NCBI GenBank assembly: GCA_963803705.1 | Contig: CAWDNU010000001.1 | Span: 128,001 to 192,000 of the forward strand | From: an uncultured Pseudobdellovibrionaceae bacterium | Lineage (GTDB): Bacteria; Bdellovibrionota; Bdellovibrionia; Bdellovibrionales; UBA1609 | Reading direction: 5' to 3' | DNA: 64,000 nt | Shown here: piece after piece, positions 61,852-64,000 of the stretch | How the letters are laid out: every line of letters starts with the position of its first letter | Position numbering within the stretch: the first letter of the stretch is position 1 | Translations under genes and position numbers: made by a program | Notes under the pieces: generated by a model | The model's database searches: none | The model's input: only the letters and a program-made list of their open reading frames with translations | Told to the model about the DNA's origin: nothing

Positions 61852-63429
61852 ATGGTTTTCAAATTTTTTACCGTAATAGCCTTACTCATCTCTTTTAAAG
61901 TTAGTTTCGCCAGATGTACTGACTTCGTACCCAATGAGTACATTGTTGTAACTTCGAATCCACAAGGGATCCTAGATAAAATTTCCAATACCTTACAAAA
62001 AGTGAGCTCTACTGACTTCTACCTTTACAATCATTTGCGGCCAACCGTATCAATGAAGGCTACTAAAGATATGAAAAACCTGAAGCAATCTACTTTAGTT
62101 TTGAATCTTTCACCACAGCAGGCTACTGAAATCGAAAATTTACGAAACACCTTTGTTTATCCCAATTGTTATGTCACGCCATTTGAACTTGCAGAAGAAA
62201 CGGTCTCTGGCTCAAAAATAGTAGATGAGCCCAAATATGAAAATCAATGGGGTTTAAATTACTTTTTGAAAGACATTAATTTTCAAACTTTGAAGTTTTC
62301 AAAAAAAGTTTTAATCGCTGTCTCCGATACTGGATTTGATACCGATCACGATGACCTCAAAAACAACCTGTGGACTAACTCCTCCGAACAAGCTGGTAAG
62401 CCTGGAGTAGATGATGATGCAAATGGTTGTATTGATGACGTACATGGTTGCGACACTACACTTTTAACTGGTGATGTAGGTGTAAATAAATATAAGTCCA
62501 ATTTAACTGATCATGGCACTCACGTTGCAGGCATAGTCGGAGCCGAAATTGGAAATAAACTTGGAGTATCAGGAGCTGCTTTTAATTCAGAGATTATGCT
62601 GGTTCGTTCTTTTTCTAATCAAAAAAAGACTACAACTGCTAACCTATTGAAAAGTGTCTATTATGCTGTGGACAATAAAGCTGACATTATTAATTGTTCG
62701 TGGGGCACTGGAAGTTCGCCAACGCTTGCCGAATTCAATGCTTTTGAATACGCCAGAATAAATAATGTAATAGCTGTTGTAGCGGCCGGAAACAACTCAA
62801 CTTTTGCTTCTAAGTCTTCGCCCGCAGGTCTTTCCAATGTGGTAACTGTCGGTAGTTTTAATTCAAGTTTGCAGCTTTCAACTTTCAGTAATTTCGGAAA
62901 TGCTGTTGATATTTTAGCGCCCGGAGGTGACGGCATTGAAAGAAAAAACGATAGTATTTTTTCTTTAATCCCTTACTCAAGATACACCAATAAAAAAGGC
63001 ACAAGTATGTCGGCACCATTTATTACTGCCGCTTTTGCTAATTTAATGTCAATTTACCCAGGATTGAATCGAAATGAACTGATTAATATTTTATTAGGCT
63101 CTGCCAACAAAGCTAACGTAGAGGGATTTTTCGATTCGAACTATAAAGAATCTTTAAATTTTATAAATTTTAGCGGAGCATTGCAGTTGGCAGACAACTA
63201 TTCAAAAGGATTTATAACAGAAGACCTATCTTATGAACCGAAAGTGTTAAGAAAGCCTGTCAGATCAGGGTTTCAAACAACTTCAAGTAATTCTAATTTG
63301 GGAGCAGAAATCCAAAGCTCTGGATGTAACTCTTTTGAATTGAACAATCGTGCAAAACCATCGAGTTCATGGCTTTTACTATTTATACCTGTTTTTTTAA
63401 TCCTAATAAAAAAAAGAACCCTAAAGTAG
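61852..63429 (+). CDS. S8 subtilisin-like serine protease with C-terminal membrane sorting tail
   Basis: Catalytic triad 'DTG', 'HGTHVAG', 'GTSMSAP'; tail SSGC...WLLLFIPVFLILIKKR. Confidence 0.93.
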   Translation: MVFKFFTVIALLISFKVSFARCTDFVPNEYIVVTSNPQGILDKISNTLQKVSSTDFYLYNHLRPTVSMKATKDMKNLKQSTLVLNLSPQQATEIENLRNTFVYPNCYVTPFELAEETVSGSKIVDEPKYENQWGLNYFLKDINFQTLKFSKKVLIAVSDTGFDTDHDDLKNNLWTNSSEQAGKPGVDDDANGCIDDVHGCDTTLLTGDVGVNKYKSNLTDHGTHVAGIVGAEIGNKLGVSGAAFNSEIMLVRSFSNQKKTTTANLLKSVYYAVDNKADIINCSWGTGSSPTLAEFNAFEYARINNVIAVVAAGNNSTFASKSSPAGLSNVVTVGSFNSSLQLSTFSNFGNAVDILAPGGDGIERKNDSIFSLIPYSRYTNKKGTSMSAPFITAAFANLMSIYPGLNRNELINILLGSANKANVEGFFDSNYKESLNFINFSGALQLADNYSKGFITEDLSYEPKVLRKPVRSGFQTTSSNSNLGAEIQSSGCNSFELNNRAKPSSSWLLLFIPVFLILIKKRTLK

Positions 63430-63474
63430 AGTTCTTTTCAATTTAGCCTAATTTAGCTTAAACTTAACTTAGTC

Positions 63475-63801
63475 TTAATTAGCTAAACCCAAAATAGAGA
63501 AAGCGATAACAACACCAAATAAAACGATGGTTTCGATAAAAACCAAGCCTAAAATCATAGGAGTTTGCATTTTATCCTTAGCATTGGGATTTCTGCCAAT
63601 TCCTTCCATTGCTGCAGAAGCTACTCGTCCTTGTCCTATGGCACCACCAAAAGCAGCAAATCCAATTGCTACCGCTGCAGCTAAACCATAATAAATTTTG
63701 TCACTAGGTACGGAAGCAGTTACTGCCACAGCATTTGTAACCTCTTCTGCATAGGCAACGTTTGACAACATAATAACTAGAGCAGTCATCATTTTTTTCA
63801 T
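63475..63801 (-). CDS. atpE: ATP synthase F0 subunit c with N-terminal extension
   Basis: 'GGAIGQG', 'GRNP', 'LGLVFIE'. Confidence 0.95.
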   Translation of the reverse strand: MKKMMTALVIMLSNVAYAEEVTNAVAVTASVPSDKIYYGLAAAVAIGFAAFGGAIGQGRVASAAMEGIGRNPNAKDKMQTPMILGLVFIETIVLFGVVIAFSILGLAN

Positions 63802-63882
63802 CTTTTAGTTCTCCTTTTGCCCAAGGCTTTAAAGTTTTACCTAAGGGGCGTTTGATTATTAAAAATTAAATTTGTTTAAATC

Positions 63883-64000
63883 CTAATGATCATGCGACAT
63901 AGCCATGGACACATAAATCATTGATAAAATAGTAAAGACAAAGGCTTGCATGGCAGCAACAAAAAGTCCCATAAGATAAAAGGGCACAGGTATAACGTAG
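63883..64000 (-). CDS. atpB: ATP synthase F0 subunit a, 3' end (truncated by window edge)
   Basis: Reads ...LFVAAMQAFVFTILSMIYVSMAMSHDH*. Confidence 0.9.
   Translation of the reverse strand, partial: YVIPVPFYLMGLFVAAMQAFVFTILSMIYVSMAMSHDH

Overview
A 64-kb, AT-rich chromosomal segment that looks like a Bdellovibrio-like predator (Bdellovibrionota). This is inferred from a Tad/Flp pilus cluster followed by a YD/Rhs-repeat gene and a small secreted gene (the 'hit locus' layout), and from housekeeping genes I recall lying near the origin in Bdellovibrio (groESL, nadE, dapAB, ftsK, queE, fis, dnaB, rplI/rpsF, sdhCAB, etfBA, surA-pdxA, atpBE). There are three tRNAs (Asn, Arg, Ser). No CRISPR array, rRNA, integrase or transposase was seen. 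The least explained features are: (1) a cassette-like array at 45.3-49.8 kb, where four unrelated secreted-protein genes each follow a copy of one ~55-100 bp repeat, with a related fragment before a fifth secreted gene at 17.7 kb; (2) three long hairpin elements with near-perfect but mutually unrelated 41-55 bp arms around related cores; (3) a REP-like palindrome family, one arm of which has expanded into a 13 x 12 bp tandem array inside the pilus cluster. Dense frameshifts at 31.6-36.7 kb, plus one in groEL, are most likely assembly errors.
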